Positions 30,187 to 40,347 of a stretch of DNA of 64,000 nucleotides are shown piece after piece. Source of the stretch: Gemmatimonadaceae bacterium. Lineage in GTDB: Bacteria; Gemmatimonadota; Gemmatimonadetes; Gemmatimonadales; Gemmatimonadaceae. The notes under the pieces were generated by a model. That model was not told where the DNA came from. It ran no database searches and saw only the letters and a list, made by a program, of their open reading frames with translations. Where the stretch lies: positions 1 through 64,000 of the forward strand of contig JBJMOW010000001.1 of assembly GCA_045803545.1 (NCBI GenBank). The letters run 5' to 3'. How positions within the stretch are numbered: the stretch's first letter is position 1; each line of letters starts with the position of its first letter. The position numbers and the translations under genes were made by a program.

Positions 30187-30259
30187 TGCGCCGTGTAGGA
30201 ATCGAACCTACAACCTAATGATTAAGAGTCATTTGCTCTGCCAATTGAGCTAACGGCGC
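30187..30259 (-). tRNA. tRNA-Lys(CTT)
   Basis: GCGCCGTTAGCTCAATTGG...AATGA-CT-CTT-AA-TCATT...GGTTCGATTCC...CGGCGCA; CCA not encoded. Confidence 0.95.
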
Positions 30260-30269
30260 TTCGATCGCT

Positions 30270-30346
30270 TGGCGCGCCAGGAGGGAGTCGAACCCCCGAC
30301 CCACAGCTTAGAAGGCTGTTGCTCTATCCAACTGAGCTACTGGCGC
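30270..30346 (-). tRNA. tRNA-Arg(TCT)
   Basis: GCGCCAGTAGCTCAGTTGGATAGAGC...ACAGC-CT-TCT-AA-GCTGT...GGTTCGACTCC...TGGCGCGCCA. Confidence 0.95.
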
Positions 30347-30371
30347 GTAACGAGCCGAAAGTTAGCGAGCT

Positions 30372-31241
30372 TCACGCGCCGCCGGAAGCGAGGCTTTCGC
30401 TCAACACCATCTGCAAACGCCGGGTGAGCTCACCGGGCTTTCCGTTCGCTATCGGACGGTCGTCAACTCTCACGATCGGCATCACATCGGTGGTGGTGCC
30501 CGTCAAAAACAGCTCGTTGACACGTGGCATCTCCGAAACTTTTATCGGACTCTCGTCGAGCCCGATGTTGAGCCCGTCGGCCAGATCACGGAGAACCGAA
30601 CGCGTAATGCCGGGAAGAATGTGGTTGTCGCACGGATGCGTACGAAGCGTCCCATCGACAACCCCGAAGAAGTTCGTCTTCGCGCCTTCGGTGACCACCC
30701 CGTCGCGAATGAGCATTGCCTCGAATGCGCCGCGCTCCTTTGCTGTTTGCGCAGCGAGCACGTTCGGCAACAGGTTCAGCGTTTTGAGATCGCAGCGTCC
30801 CCAACGCAAATCGGGGTGCGAAATCGCTGTTGCGCCAGTTTGCGCCAAATCAGAATACGGCTTGAACCGCGAGACGGAGATGTAGACGCTCGGCGGCACC
30901 GGCGGCGACGGAAAATTGTGCAGACGCGGAGCGACTCCCCTGCTCACCTGCATGTAAACCGTGGCCTCACCTTCCAGCAGCCCGTTTTCGCGCAACAGCT
31001 GACTGCCTATTTCCGTGAAGCGTTCCGGCGAATCTGATTCTTCAAGAGAGATTCGAATTCCGTCGAGACTTCTTCTCAGCCGATCGTTGTGAAACCGGGT
31101 AGCGAACAACCGGCCGTTGATTGCGCGCAGGACTTCATAGACACCGTCGCCGAATACGAACGCGCGATCCTCGACGGAAACGCGCGCCTCGGCCCGCGGG
31201 AAGAACTCGCCGTTCAGGTAAACAACGTCTTTTGCTTTCAT
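30372..31241 (-). CDS. dat: D-amino-acid aminotransferase (PLP class IV)
   Basis: EDRAFVFGDGVYE, RWGRCDLKTLNLL (PLP Lys), TEGAKTN, ILPGITR. Confidence 0.85.
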   Translation of the reverse strand: MKAKDVVYLNGEFFPRAEARVSVEDRAFVFGDGVYEVLRAINGRLFATRFHNDRLRRSLDGIRISLEESDSPERFTEIGSQLLRENGLLEGEATVYMQVSRGVAPRLHNFPSPPVPPSVYISVSRFKPYSDLAQTGATAISHPDLRWGRCDLKTLNLLPNVLAAQTAKERGAFEAMLIRDGVVTEGAKTNFFGVVDGTLRTHPCDNHILPGITRSVLRDLADGLNIGLDESPIKVSEMPRVNELFLTGTTTDVMPIVRVDDRPIANGKPGELTRRLQMVLSESLASGGA

Positions 31242-31302
31242 CAAAGGCCCCCGTTTCCGGAAAGATGTCGTTTTTTCGACGGGGATGCCTCGCTTGCGAA
31301 CG

Positions 31303-31788
31303 TCAGCCCTTACTGCCCGGTGAGCTGTACTCGCAGCCGCTCGTCCCATAGACCGGCGTGAACCCGGCGGCGGGATCGGTGACCGTTCCGCTAAAAGTGC
31401 CCGCGCTGGAAATCGTTCCGCGAACCTCCATCGCCGTCGAGCCGCCCCCGCTGAGCACCAAATCGGTCGTACCGTCAGTGAAGCTCACAGTTCCGGTGAG
31501 CGGAAGGAGCGCGCCCGAAGTAGGGCTGCGCCACGTGCTGGTAGTCGCAGCCGTACCATCGCTCTGCACCGTAAGGTTCAGGATAATGAGACTGCCGTCG
31601 GTGAGTACTGCACCGGAACAGGCGAGCGTCGTCGTCTTAGTGAGCGATAAGGACCAGGTTCCAGATGCCTGCGCCTGGGTTACCGCGCCGCCGCCTCCGC
31701 CTGGGAAGCCCAGCAAGGGGTCTGTGCTGTTCTCACATGCCGCGGACACTGCGATGACAAGAAGACAACTGGCGACGAGCCGGGCCAC
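31303..31788 (-). CDS. hypothetical lipoprotein
   Basis: Lipobox VSAAC; Ser/Thr/Gly-rich beta domain. Confidence 0.7.
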   Translation of the reverse strand: MARLVASCLLVIAVSAACENSTDPLLGFPGGGGGAVTQAQASGTWSLSLTKTTTLACSGAVLTDGSLIILNLTVQSDGTAATTSTWRSPTSGALLPLTGTVSFTDGTTDLVLSGGGSTAMEVRGTISSAGTFSGTVTDPAAGFTPVYGTSGCEYSSPGSKG

Positions 31789-31924
31789 TGATCCTCCGAG
31801 CTTGAATGAGCTTGCGCTTTCACCTTGAAACGTGCAATTCGTTTGCCGTCAGAGCTACGTTTTGAAACGCGAAAGTGCTGGTTGCGTAGAGGGAATAGCT
31901 CACCAGCGCGCGAGACCACTTTAG

Positions 31925-32200
31925 ATGCCACCAGACCCGAATTTTATAGTTCACCAAGTCCTGTCCTACGCCATTCCGGGATTGGTCGCGATCGTGCTGG
32001 GTTTCCCCATCGTTCGACTGATCACGAAATGGCTGGAGCCGAGGCCCGTGCCGCCGCGTGAGCTGTCATCGATCAGCGGGAGACTGGAGAAAATCGAAGC
32101 GGCCGTTGATGCGATCGCGGTCGAGGTCGAGCGGATCTCGGAGTCCCAGCGCTTCAGCGCGCGGCTTCAATCGGAGCAATCGAAGCAGCTGCCGGGATGA
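31925..32200 (+). CDS. small single-TM coiled-coil hypothetical protein
   Basis: One TM then RLEKIEAAVDAIAVEVERISESQRF coiled coil; terminator follows. Confidence 0.7.
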   Translation: MPPDPNFIVHQVLSYAIPGLVAIVLGFPIVRLITKWLEPRPVPPRELSSISGRLEKIEAAVDAIAVEVERISESQRFSARLQSEQSKQLPG

Positions 32201-32203
32201 AAC

Positions 32204-32234
32204 AAAAAAGGGAGCGTCGCCAGACGCTCCCTTT
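32204..32234. terminator. bidirectional terminator
   Basis: AAAAAAGGGAGCGTC-GCCA-GACGCTCCCTTT between convergent genes. Confidence 0.8.
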
Positions 32235-32256
32235 CCTACCTATAAGATCAGGCTGA

Positions 32257-32622
32257 TTACACGCAGGTAATCACACCATTGGTCATGTCGCAGGTCTTAG
32301 CCGACTGCGAGTGCGTAGCGGTCGCGCTCCATGAAGGCGGCGGGCCGGCAACGTTCGTAACTACAACCGTGACGTTCTGCGACGGTGTGAAACCCTGTAG
32401 TGGTGCCGCCATCGTCGCGGTCCCACCAAAGTAAGCGCCACCGTTGTCAGCCGCGTACTGCTCTTCGTAGGTCGCCATGTTGCGTAGGTCAGACTTCATC
32501 TGCGCGACGTAAGCCTTGTCCTTCGTGTTGGCAAATTTAGGAATTGCAATCGCCGCCAGAATACCAATAATCACAACGACGATGAGAAGCTCGATTAGGG
32601 TAAAGCCTTTCTTGTTCCGCAT
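32257..32622 (-). CDS. type IVa pilin (PilA-like)
   Basis: MRNKKG|FTLIELLIVVVIIGILAAIAIP prepilin motif; C-terminal Cys pair; GGAG SD. Confidence 0.93.
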   Translation of the reverse strand: MRNKKGFTLIELLIVVVIIGILAAIAIPKFANTKDKAYVAQMKSDLRNMATYEEQYAADNGGAYFGGTATMAAPLQGFTPSQNVTVVVTNVAGPPPSWSATATHSQSAKTCDMTNGVITCV

Positions 32623-32715
32623 TAAAGGTCTCCTGAACCAGTTGATGACGGCGAGACGCTGTGCCGTCAACACCTTCAAGACGGGACGTTTCGCAGTATC
32701 GCAACCCTCGTAATG

Positions 32716-32730
32716 GCAATGTCATGGCCA
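32716..32730 (-). promoter_or_regulatory. sigma54 (-24/-12) promoter of the pilin gene
   Basis: TGGCCATGACATTGC (GG-N10-GC) ~95 nt upstream of the ATG. Confidence 0.7.
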
Positions 32731-32855
32731 GATTCGCGTGTAGGTCTAACGCGATGTGGTCGCACAGCTTAGGCCATATCATTAAAGCAGTTTAGCATGT
32801 ACTTTGGCTGCAATTTGCGATTGGGATTGCAGTCTGCCCAAGGCCAAATGCAAGC

Positions 32856-32881
32856 AAAAAAGCCGCTGGCAACTGGCGGCT
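32856..32881 (-). terminator. terminator after tRNA-Pro
   Basis: AGCCGC...GCGGCT stem followed by TTTTT on the minus strand. Confidence 0.6.
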
Positions 32882-32922
32882 TTCGGCCAGCGACTAGCGA
32901 CTAATGCGAACTACGGAATGAG

Positions 32923-32996
32923 TCGGGGCGCCCGGATTTGAACCGGGGACCTCCTGCTCCCAAAGCAGGCGCGATACCAGGCTACGCTACGCCCCG
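32923..32996 (-). tRNA. tRNA-Pro(TGG)
   Basis: CGGGGCGTAGCGTAGCCTGGT...CCTGC-TT-TGG-GA-GCAGG...GGTTCAAATCC...CGCCCCGA. Confidence 0.95.
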
Positions 32997-33015
32997 TAAG
33001 ACGTCCGGCAAGCTA

Positions 33016-33663
33016 CTATAACCGGCCTTCGACGCGCAACGCACTGAGTAGTGCGCGAAACGCACGCGCGCGATGACTCATCGCCGCGGTAATCGGCAAC
33101 GCGGACTCGGCGAATGTGCCCCCGAGGTCTGGTGACTCGAAAAAAGGGTCATAACCGAAACCGTCGCTCCCCCGTGGACTCTTTAGAATGCGACCCGCTA
33201 TCTCACCGCGCCGCAGGACTTCAATGCTGGCATCCTTGTACGCAGCAACCGCGACGTACTTTGCCGAGTCGGTGAACCGGGTGCCTTGCTGCTTACTCGC
33301 TTCACACATGGACTCGACCAGCTTGTCGTTGTTGGCAATGTCGATCCTCGACTCCGGTGAGTCAGTGTGCCCTGACCAGCGCTTGCTGTAGACCCCAGGC
33401 TGGCCATCGAGCGCATCGACGCAGAGACCCGAATCGTCCGCGAACGTTGGAGTTCCACCACCGCGCTCGAAGAAATAGCGCGCCTTCGCCAGCGCGTTCT
33501 CCTCGAAAGTCTCGTAGCGCTCCAGATCATCCTCTTCTGCCCGACGCTCGACTCCTGCGTCAGCGAGATCGATCACCTCGAGCTGAAAATCGGCAAAAAT
33601 CTTTCGCAGCTCACGCAGCTTTCCCTGACTGCGCGTCGCGAGCAAATAAGGACCCCGCGTCAC
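33016..33663 (-). CDS. rdgB: non-canonical purine NTP pyrophosphatase (RdgB/HAM1)
   Basis: [42 protein letters not shown]; adjacent to rph. Confidence 0.93.
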   Translation of the reverse strand: MTRGPYLLATRSQGKLRELRKIFADFQLEVIDLADAGVERRAEEDDLERYETFEENALAKARYFFERGGGTPTFADDSGLCVDALDGQPGVYSKRWSGHTDSPESRIDIANNDKLVESMCEASKQQGTRFTDSAKYVAVAAYKDASIEVLRRGEIAGRILKSPRGSDGFGYDPFFESPDLGGTFAESALPITAAMSHRARAFRALLSALRVEGRL

Positions 33664-34385
33664 TCCGCCAGCGATTTCGCCTGAGCCTCGTCCAGCGCGC
33701 GGATTCCAGAGATCGCCAGATCCAGTAGGTCATTCAGCTGGCGGCGGTCGAAGGTGCCGTGCTCTCCGGTGCCCTGCACTTCCACGAATTTCCCTTCGTT
33801 GCTCATGACGACGTTCATGTCCACTTCGGCCCGAACGTCCTCCTCGTAGTCCAGATCGAGGCGCGCCTCCCCATCGATCACCCCGACGCTTACCGCCGCG
33901 ACCCGTCGTTTGATCGGGGTCACCTTTAACTTGCCGTTCGCGACCATCCAGTCGAAGGCATCGACAATCGCCACACACGCACCGGTAATTGCTGCGGTGC
34001 GGGTGCCTCCGTCAGCGACGAGCACGTCACAATCGAGTTTTACGGTGAACTCGCCGAATTTGAAGTCATCGAGCATCGCGCGTACGCTGCGGCCGATCAA
34101 CCGTTGGATTTCCTGAGTGCGACCGCCGAGCTGAGCGCGCTCACGTGCGGTTCGCGTTCTTGTCGCACGCGGCAACATTGCATACTCCGCCGTCAGCCAT
34201 CCTTCGCCGCTGCCTCGTCGCCAGCCCGGAACTCCGTCCTCGACCGAAGCGGTGCAAAGCACCCGTGTCGCGCCAAACGAGATCAGGCACGACCCCTCGG
34301 CGTAGGGCGCCACGGCGCGCTCGAGGGTTATCGCGCGCAGCTCGGATGTTGCGCGACCATTGCGGCTGGTTTTAACGGCTTTCAC
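33660..34385 (-). CDS. rph: ribonuclease PH
   Basis: [54 protein letters not shown]. Confidence 0.97.
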   Translation of the reverse strand: MKAVKTSRNGRATSELRAITLERAVAPYAEGSCLISFGATRVLCTASVEDGVPGWRRGSGEGWLTAEYAMLPRATRTRTARERAQLGGRTQEIQRLIGRSVRAMLDDFKFGEFTVKLDCDVLVADGGTRTAAITGACVAIVDAFDWMVANGKLKVTPIKRRVAAVSVGVIDGEARLDLDYEEDVRAEVDMNVVMSNEGKFVEVQGTGEHGTFDRRQLNDLLDLAISGIRALDEAQAKSLAE

Positions 34386-34827
34386 TCAGCTTCCTGATGA
34401 TGTTGGTGGTTGAATGTCCCGGCGTCAGCGGCACGACCACGACTCGCCCGCCCCAGTGCTTCACCTCGGTCGCGCCCACAATCGTGTCTTCAGAATAATC
34501 TCCACCCTTCACGATCACATCGGGACGCAGAAGCTTAACGAGATTCAAGGGCGTGTCGTCCGGAAAAACCACGACCAGATCGACGCATTCAAGGCTGGCC
34601 AGGACATAGCTTCGTTCAGCATCCGTGCGCACTGGGCGACTCGGTCCCTTCAGGCGACGCACTGACTCGTCGCTGTTGACCCCAACGATTAACGCATCTG
34701 CCGTCTGTCGCGCGGCGGTAAGAACGTCGACGTGGCCGGGGTGAAGAAGGTCGAACACGCCGTTGGTGAATGCGACCTTTCCTTTTTGTGCCGCGCGCCA
34801 GCGTTCCGCATCGACCCACGTCGCCAC
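34372..34827 (-). CDS. rfaE2: D-glycero-beta-D-manno-heptose 1-phosphate adenylyltransferase
   Basis: [37 protein letters not shown]. Confidence 0.93.
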   Translation of the reverse strand: MATWVDAERWRAAQKGKVAFTNGVFDLLHPGHVDVLTAARQTADALIVGVNSDESVRRLKGPSRPVRTDAERSYVLASLECVDLVVVFPDDTPLNLVKLLRPDVIVKGGDYSEDTIVGATEVKHWGGRVVVVPLTPGHSTTNIIRKLSESR

Positions 34828-34850
34828 TTTGCTGGTCGGATCGCGTGGCT

Positions 34851-35204
34851 TCAGAGTCTGCTCGCCGCCATTGGATGGAAGTGCAGCACCTGTTCTTTAT
34901 TGAAGGGCAGCTTGATCACTTCGTCGTAGTCACTGGAGATCGTCATGACAGATTGTGATCGTTGGATCTGAACGGCCTCGGCTCCGGACGGAAGCTGCAG
35001 GGTGTCGGCAAGCGCGGCGAGGCGAGTCGTGATCTGGTCATCGGTCTTGTCGGTGGCAAAGCGCGCCTCCTGGCCCATCGCGTCCTTGAACTGATAGTAC
35101 TTGAAGTAAGCCTCGCCGAAATCGATGCCGAAATAAATTCCGATGACGAGAACCAGCAGGCCGAGGAGGCAGCCGAGTCTGGTCTCCCCGCGACGATTCA
35201 CCAC
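34851..35204 (-). CDS. small single-TM hypothetical protein (DUF4845-like)
   Basis: RRG followed by a hydrophobic helix; sits within the operon. Confidence 0.7.
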   Translation of the reverse strand: MVNRRGETRLGCLLGLLVLVIGIYFGIDFGEAYFKYYQFKDAMGQEARFATDKTDDQITTRLAALADTLQLPSGAEAVQIQRSQSVMTISSDYDEVIKLPFNKEQVLHFHPMAASRL

Positions 35205-35692
35205 TGTGATTGCGCCCCGTCGATCATGTTCTGAACGATGGTAGCAATCGCTTTCTTACGACCTTCTGTTTCGCCGCGCTCCTGGTACTGGCCTTCCGCA
35301 AGCAATCCTTTCCGTTGCCATAGCGTCTTTCCGGTTACCTGATCGAGCAGCTCGATGTCGACGACGAGCTGCAGCTGGCGCGCGGCGGTCGTCACCTGCT
35401 TGTTGGCGGCGCTGTAGCCAATCGGGATGTCGACTTCGTAGCGCTGGATGGTGCCGCGGACAATTGCGTTCGCCTTCGCCTCGGACGCGTCGCGGAGACC
35501 GAGCCGATCGTGAAGACCGGTTCGGATTGCCTCGGTGAGCTCACGCGGTAGCTCTGTCGCCGCGGTCTGGTTGTCGAACGGAAGGATCGCGACCGTCCTG
35601 ATGTGAGAGGGCAGCCCGCCGCCCGTGAAGCCGTAGGGGATGCAGGCAGTCAGCGCAACCAGGACAAGACTATAAGCTCCAAATCGAAGCAT
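35198..35692 (-). CDS. LptE-like LPS assembly lipoprotein
   Basis: Lipobox LTAC then YGF, TVAILPFDNQT, terminal W; LPS gene neighbourhood. Confidence 0.75.
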   Translation of the reverse strand: MLRFGAYSLVLVALTACIPYGFTGGGLPSHIRTVAILPFDNQTAATELPRELTEAIRTGLHDRLGLRDASEAKANAIVRGTIQRYEVDIPIGYSAANKQVTTAARQLQLVVDIELLDQVTGKTLWQRKGLLAEGQYQERGETEGRKKAIATIVQNMIDGAQSQW

Positions 35693-36293
35693 CGAAAGAT
35701 CCAGGTTGTTCCTTCAGAATGGTCAATTCGAGTTTACGTCTCGCGCCGGGTGCTTCGTACACCGCGGATCCCGTGGCGTTGCGAGTCAATCGCTCCACGA
35801 TTTTTCCGCCGTCGATTCTTTCGAGCGCAACGATGGTGTCACCGCGAATAGCCACTCGCCATTGAACCGGACGACCGACATCGGCGCGGAGCAAATCACC
35901 GTCGAGCTTGACGACGGTGTCCGGCAGCGCCGGGATGGCAAGCCGGCCGAGCGCGGCCCACATCATTGGCGTCGGCGGAATGTAGCGCCGCACCAGGTCC
36001 GCGTGCGGCGCGCGGAGCGAATCGCCGATCAGGATTGCGGTGCCGCCGCCGAGCCCGCCACCGAGAAAAAAATCCAGGCGCGCGCTGTCTGGTGGTGCGA
36101 TGCGCACTGAACCGTCGCCACGCGCGGCAAGCTCGCCTTCCTGATATTCCCATTTGAACACAACGTGTCGGTGGTCAGGAGGCAGTGCGAGAGAAGGCAA
36201 TGAGCGGTCAGGCGCCAGCACGCCTGGCAAAGGCGCCGCGGACGGCACACATGCGACGAGCAGCAGCGCCGTCGCGTACGACATTGGTTTCAT
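35670..36293 (-). CDS. hypothetical lipoprotein
   Basis: Lipobox LVAC; overlaps both neighbouring genes. Confidence 0.75.
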   Translation of the reverse strand: MKPMSYATALLLVACVPSAAPLPGVLAPDRSLPSLALPPDHRHVVFKWEYQEGELAARGDGSVRIAPPDSARLDFFLGGGLGGGTAILIGDSLRAPHADLVRRYIPPTPMMWAALGRLAIPALPDTVVKLDGDLLRADVGRPVQWRVAIRGDTIVALERIDGGKIVERLTRNATGSAVYEAPGARRKLELTILKEQPGSFDASIWSL

Positions 36294-38350
36294 TTTGGAT
36301 CGATTCGCGTGATCAAATCGCCCTGTACGATTTGGTCGAGGACGTCGTACCCTGCGACGACTCTGCCGAACACCGTGTAGTGTCCGTCCAGGTGCGGCTG
36401 CGGAGAATGCGTGATGAAGTATTGGCTGCCGCCGGTGTCCGGGCCTGAGAGCGCCATTCCTACTGCCCCGCGCTCGTAACGGTGCTGATTCATCTCGTCT
36501 CTGATTGCATAGCCGGGTCCGCCGTTTCCATCATCGCGCGGATCGCCATCTTGTGCGACGAAGTTCGGAACGACGCGATGAAACCGCGTATTCCGATAGT
36601 ACCCGGATCGTGCCAGACTAAGAAAATTCCACGCCGTGATTGGCGCGTCCTCGCCGAATAGCTCGAGCTCGATCGGACCGCGGATGGTTCTGATCGTTGC
36701 GCGCGGACGTTTTCCACTCAGAGATGGCATGACGATCGACCGCACAACGCTCTCATACCATGACCCCGGCCGCGCCGTAGGGCGAACTGACGCCCAGCCT
36801 TTCCAGAATGGCAGATCCTTACCGACTGCTCGCTCGAGGGGATCGGCGGGAGGAGTCACGCGCGCGAGCTCTGCCAGCTGGGTTGCGTCGACGGACACGC
36901 TGTCCTTTTTCCAGGTAGCGGCAACGTACTGTAATGCGGCAAGTCGCGCATCGTTTGCAGAATCGCGCGACGCCATGCGATAGCTTTTCATAACCGCGGG
37001 CAAATCTCTCGCGGCAGGTCGTTCAGTGAGCGCAGCCAGCGCAGTGGCGCGCACGTAGAAGTCAGGATCCTGTAAGCCGCGGATTAGAATCGCGTGCGCA
37101 GAATCTTCGATCATCATTGAGGCTGCCGGTGCGATGGAGCCGTACGCAGCTTCCCGTACGCGCGGGTCAGGATCGTTGAGCAAAGGAACCGTGCGCGCGA
37201 ACGCGAACGCTCGGTCGAGACTGTCGCCCTCGGCGGACGCCGCACTGGCACGTAGCCGCCAATTTGAGCTCGTCGCCCACTGTCCGAGCTGCGGGGGGCG
37301 AAGTCCCGCATGCGCGGCCGAGGCAAGCAGAGACGCCCTGTATCCAGTTCCGGTGTCCCGCGCCCAGAGCGTTTCGAAATCGGAGCTGGTCGATGTGAGC
37401 GCGGATCCAAGACTTTGCGCCGCTGCGATGCGCACGTTCGGATCTCTATCACCCGTCACGCTGACGATCGTAGCTCGCGCCTGCGCTCCATAGGTACCGA
37501 GTGATCTTACGGCGTTAATGCGAACGTGCGGGTCTCCATCGGAGGCAAGGCTACGCAGCACGTTCAGAGCAAGTCTTCCAAGCGAATCTCCAGTTGCAGA
37601 TTTCGAAAGCGCACGCGCGATTTCAGCCCGGATCAGCCCGGCCTCGTTTGCGGACGCAGCATAGGGCGCGCTCGACGAGCTCGAAACGGTACGTGACTGA
37701 CGAACCGACGGAGATCCTGCCAGCGCAATTAGGTCGCGCAATCCAGACGGCGCCCGCTGCCGCGCTATCGCGTAAGCGGCTGCCCACACCACCGACGGAT
37801 TGGCCGCTCTCAAGTATGGCCTGACCGCGGCCACCGGCATTGGCCGCAACTTCGCCGCTGCGAGCAGCAATTGGATTGTGGTACCGTCGTCACGCATTGA
37901 ACCGAGAGCCGTCGTGATCGCGTTGCTGGCCGGTGCCCCAATCTCCCCAAGCGCCCATGCCGCTTCGCGCGCGATCTCCCCGCGCGTCGACAGCGCGGCT
38001 ACGAGCGGCGAAACGGCCACCAAATCCCGTTGCAGGCCGAGTGCATACGCTGCTTTCGCGGCGACATTCGCATCCGGATCGCGCAGCAGCGCACGCAAGC
38101 GGGCTGCGCCACGCAATCCCTGTTCTGCTCCCACCTGCCCAATCGCCAGAGCGGCAGCCGCTCTCAACGGTCGCGAGTTTGACGCGAGCAGACGATCGAT
38201 CAAAGCGGTGTCGAGCTGCCGCGTATCCGTCATCGCCAACAGCTGGCCGTAGAGCGAGATTTCGCTCGCGGTCAGAGTAGTCTGCTGTGCGGGCATTGCG
38301 CGCGCAGCAACAGCCAGAATGAGAACGCTAACGAGATGGCGTGACTGCAT
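36290..38350 (-). CDS. HEAT-repeat + cyclophilin-type peptidyl-prolyl isomerase
   Basis: Signal peptide, HEAT repeats (DPDANVAAKAAYALG), FHRVVPNFVAQDGDP, GMALSGPDTGGSQYFIT, HLDGHYTVFG. Confidence 0.92.
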   Translation of the reverse strand: MQSRHLVSVLILAVAARAMPAQQTTLTASEISLYGQLLAMTDTRQLDTALIDRLLASNSRPLRAAAALAIGQVGAEQGLRGAARLRALLRDPDANVAAKAAYALGLQRDLVAVSPLVAALSTRGEIAREAAWALGEIGAPASNAITTALGSMRDDGTTIQLLLAAAKLRPMPVAAVRPYLRAANPSVVWAAAYAIARQRAPSGLRDLIALAGSPSVRQSRTVSSSSSAPYAASANEAGLIRAEIARALSKSATGDSLGRLALNVLRSLASDGDPHVRINAVRSLGTYGAQARATIVSVTGDRDPNVRIAAAQSLGSALTSTSSDFETLWARDTGTGYRASLLASAAHAGLRPPQLGQWATSSNWRLRASAASAEGDSLDRAFAFARTVPLLNDPDPRVREAAYGSIAPAASMMIEDSAHAILIRGLQDPDFYVRATALAALTERPAARDLPAVMKSYRMASRDSANDARLAALQYVAATWKKDSVSVDATQLAELARVTPPADPLERAVGKDLPFWKGWASVRPTARPGSWYESVVRSIVMPSLSGKRPRATIRTIRGPIELELFGEDAPITAWNFLSLARSGYYRNTRFHRVVPNFVAQDGDPRDDGNGGPGYAIRDEMNQHRYERGAVGMALSGPDTGGSQYFITHSPQPHLDGHYTVFGRVVAGYDVLDQIVQGDLITRIDPK

Positions 38351-38756
38351 CTTCGAGTAGTTTGCGAAGGTAATCGGGCAAGGTCGTCAGTTTGTTATCG
38401 CGTGTCAGTGAAGCGAGCTTCGTCGACGCGGTCACGAACTTCTCCCCTGTCTCAGCGTTAGTGATCACGTAATCAAAGCTGATCGTTCGTGATCTCACAT
38501 CGCTGACGGTAGTTGTGACGCGAATGAGGTTGTCGTAACGCGCCCCGGCGTGGAAGCGCATCGTCGCCTCGACCACCGCCAGCGTGACGTTCTGCCGCTC
38601 GAGCTCTGAGTACGGGGTACCCAGTGAGCGAATGAATTCCGTGCGCCCCATCTCGCACCAGATCAGATAATTCGAGTGATAAACCACCTGCATCTGGTCG
38701 GTCTCGGCATAGCGGACGCGGAACTCGATAGAGTGGGCGTTGTTTGCTGACGTCAT
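38328..38756 (-). CDS. YbgC/4HBT-family acyl-CoA thioesterase
   Basis: RVRYAETDQMQVVYHSNYLIWCEMGR. Confidence 0.9.
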   Translation of the reverse strand: MTSANNAHSIEFRVRYAETDQMQVVYHSNYLIWCEMGRTEFIRSLGTPYSELERQNVTLAVVEATMRFHAGARYDNLIRVTTTVSDVRSRTISFDYVITNAETGEKFVTASTKLASLTRDNKLTTLPDYLRKLLEDAVTPSR

Positions 38757-38823
38757 CGGCAGACGTTGAAGGTTTGATCCGGCCAATGCTTTGTAAAGCT
38801 CGTGTGCATCAGTAACTTGTGCC

Positions 38824-39582
38824 GTGCTCAAGGCGCCCTGCTATATCGTCTCGGACGCGCACATCGGCGTCGCCAGTCCACAAATCGAGCGATCCTTTGT
38901 CTCGTTTCTTCGCGGTCTGGAGGGCGAGGCGAAGTCTTTGATTATCAACGGCGATTTGTTCGACTTCTGGTTCGAGTGGAAGTCGGTCATCCCCCGTCGC
39001 AGCTTTCGCACCCTCGCCGCACTCGCTGAGCTCCGTGACAGCGGGATGGATATCCTCTGGGTCGCCGGCAATCACGATTGCTGGGGCGGAGAAGTTTTGC
39101 GGCAAGACGTCGGCGTCGACTACATCATCGGACCGTGGGAAGGAACCATTGCCGGCTGGCGACTGCGGGTCGAGCACGGCGACGGTTTGCGCGACAAGGA
39201 AGACCGCGGCTATCGAATTATTCGGCCCATCATGCGCAATCAATGGGCAATCCGGGCGTTCAGGCTCCTTCACCCCGATTGGTCCACTGGGCTCGCGCAC
39301 GGCAGCTCGAACGCGAGCCGGAACTATCGGGCGCGTGATGAAGGTCGCGGGCTGAGAGCGCACGCCGAGCAGGAGCTCGAACGATGCAAGGAGCTCGACA
39401 TCCTGGTGTACGGTCACTCGCATGTTGCCGCGCTCGAGCGGATGGACAATGGCCGTGTCTTCGCCAATGCCGGCTCGTGGCTCGATGCTCCTACATTTCT
39501 GCGCCTCACCGACGAAGCGCTGGAGCTGCGTGAATGGGATGGATCAGCCGAGGGTGCGTGTCTCAACTCGGTCAATCGCTGA
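38824..39582 (+). CDS. lpxH: UDP-2,3-diacylglucosamine diphosphatase (LpxH-like)
   Basis: SDAH, GDLFDFW, GNHD, HGD, GHSH metallophosphoesterase motifs. Confidence 0.85.
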   Translation: MLKAPCYIVSDAHIGVASPQIERSFVSFLRGLEGEAKSLIINGDLFDFWFEWKSVIPRRSFRTLAALAELRDSGMDILWVAGNHDCWGGEVLRQDVGVDYIIGPWEGTIAGWRLRVEHGDGLRDKEDRGYRIIRPIMRNQWAIRAFRLLHPDWSTGLAHGSSNASRNYRARDEGRGLRAHAEQELERCKELDILVYGHSHVAALERMDNGRVFANAGSWLDAPTFLRLTDEALELREWDGSAEGACLNSVNR

Positions 39583-40347
39583 GCCGAGGAAACGTTGCCC
39601 GAGCGCAAGAAACGTCTCGGGCGCGTCTGACGAAATGAAACGGTATTGAGCGGTGTTCGCCGAGTCATTGGCGATGTCATTCTCACGCAACCTGTCACCT
39701 GTTTCGCGTGCGGTCTCCTGAGCGCTGTCGATCAGCCTGACGTCACGACCGACGACGTTGCCAATGACATCCTTCATCAGCGGGTAGTGGGTGCAGCCCA
39801 GAACGAGTGTATCCACTTCCGCCGTGACCATCGGTGCCAGGTAATTGCGCGCGATGGCTCGGGTCGGCTCGGTATCAACCCAACCTTCTTCGATCAGCGG
39901 CACGAACAGAGCACATGCTTGAGCAACCAGGTTCACATCGGGAAGCAGCTTGCGGATTGCCTTCTCGTAGGCGCCGCTGCGAATCGTACCGGCGGTACCG
40001 ATCACACCCACCTTTTGCTTTCTCGTCGCGGCGACCGCGGCACGTGCGCCGGGTCCGATCACGCCGATGATCGGAAAATCGTACTCCTCGCGCAACGCGG
40101 GAAGCGCATGGGCGGTGGCAGTGTTGCAAGCGACGACGAGCGCTTTGACTCCTTCTTCCTTTAGGAAGGAGACGATCTCGCGGCTGTATCGAAGTACTGT
40201 ATCGGGACTCTTCGGTCCATACGGCACGCGCGCGGTATCACCGAAGTAGATGATGCTCTCGTTCGGCAGTTGATGGATTAGCTCGCGCACCACGGTGAGC
40301 CCACCGATGCCAGAGTCGAAAACGCCGATCGGCGCTGGGTTGCTCAT
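39544..40347 (-). CDS. murI: glutamate racemase
   Basis: FDSGIGGLTV, DTARVPYG, ACNTA, LGCTHYP. Confidence 0.97.
   Translation of the reverse strand: MSNPAPIGVFDSGIGGLTVVRELIHQLPNESIIYFGDTARVPYGPKSPDTVLRYSREIVSFLKEEGVKALVVACNTATAHALPALREEYDFPIIGVIGPGARAAVAATRKQKVGVIGTAGTIRSGAYEKAIRKLLPDVNLVAQACALFVPLIEEGWVDTEPTRAIARNYLAPMVTAEVDTLVLGCTHYPLMKDVIGNVVGRDVRLIDSAQETARETGDRLRENDIANDSANTAQYRFISSDAPETFLALGQRFLGSAIDRVETRTLG

Noticed and set aside
32889..32903. Short AGCGACT tandem repeat after tRNA-Pro
   Set aside because: Only two copies; not distinguishable from chance
30100..33000. Integrative element or prophage at tRNA-Lys/Arg/Pro
   Set aside because: No integrase, phage genes or duplicated tRNA 3' end noticed, so the accessory block next to tRNA-Lys cannot be called mobile from this evidence
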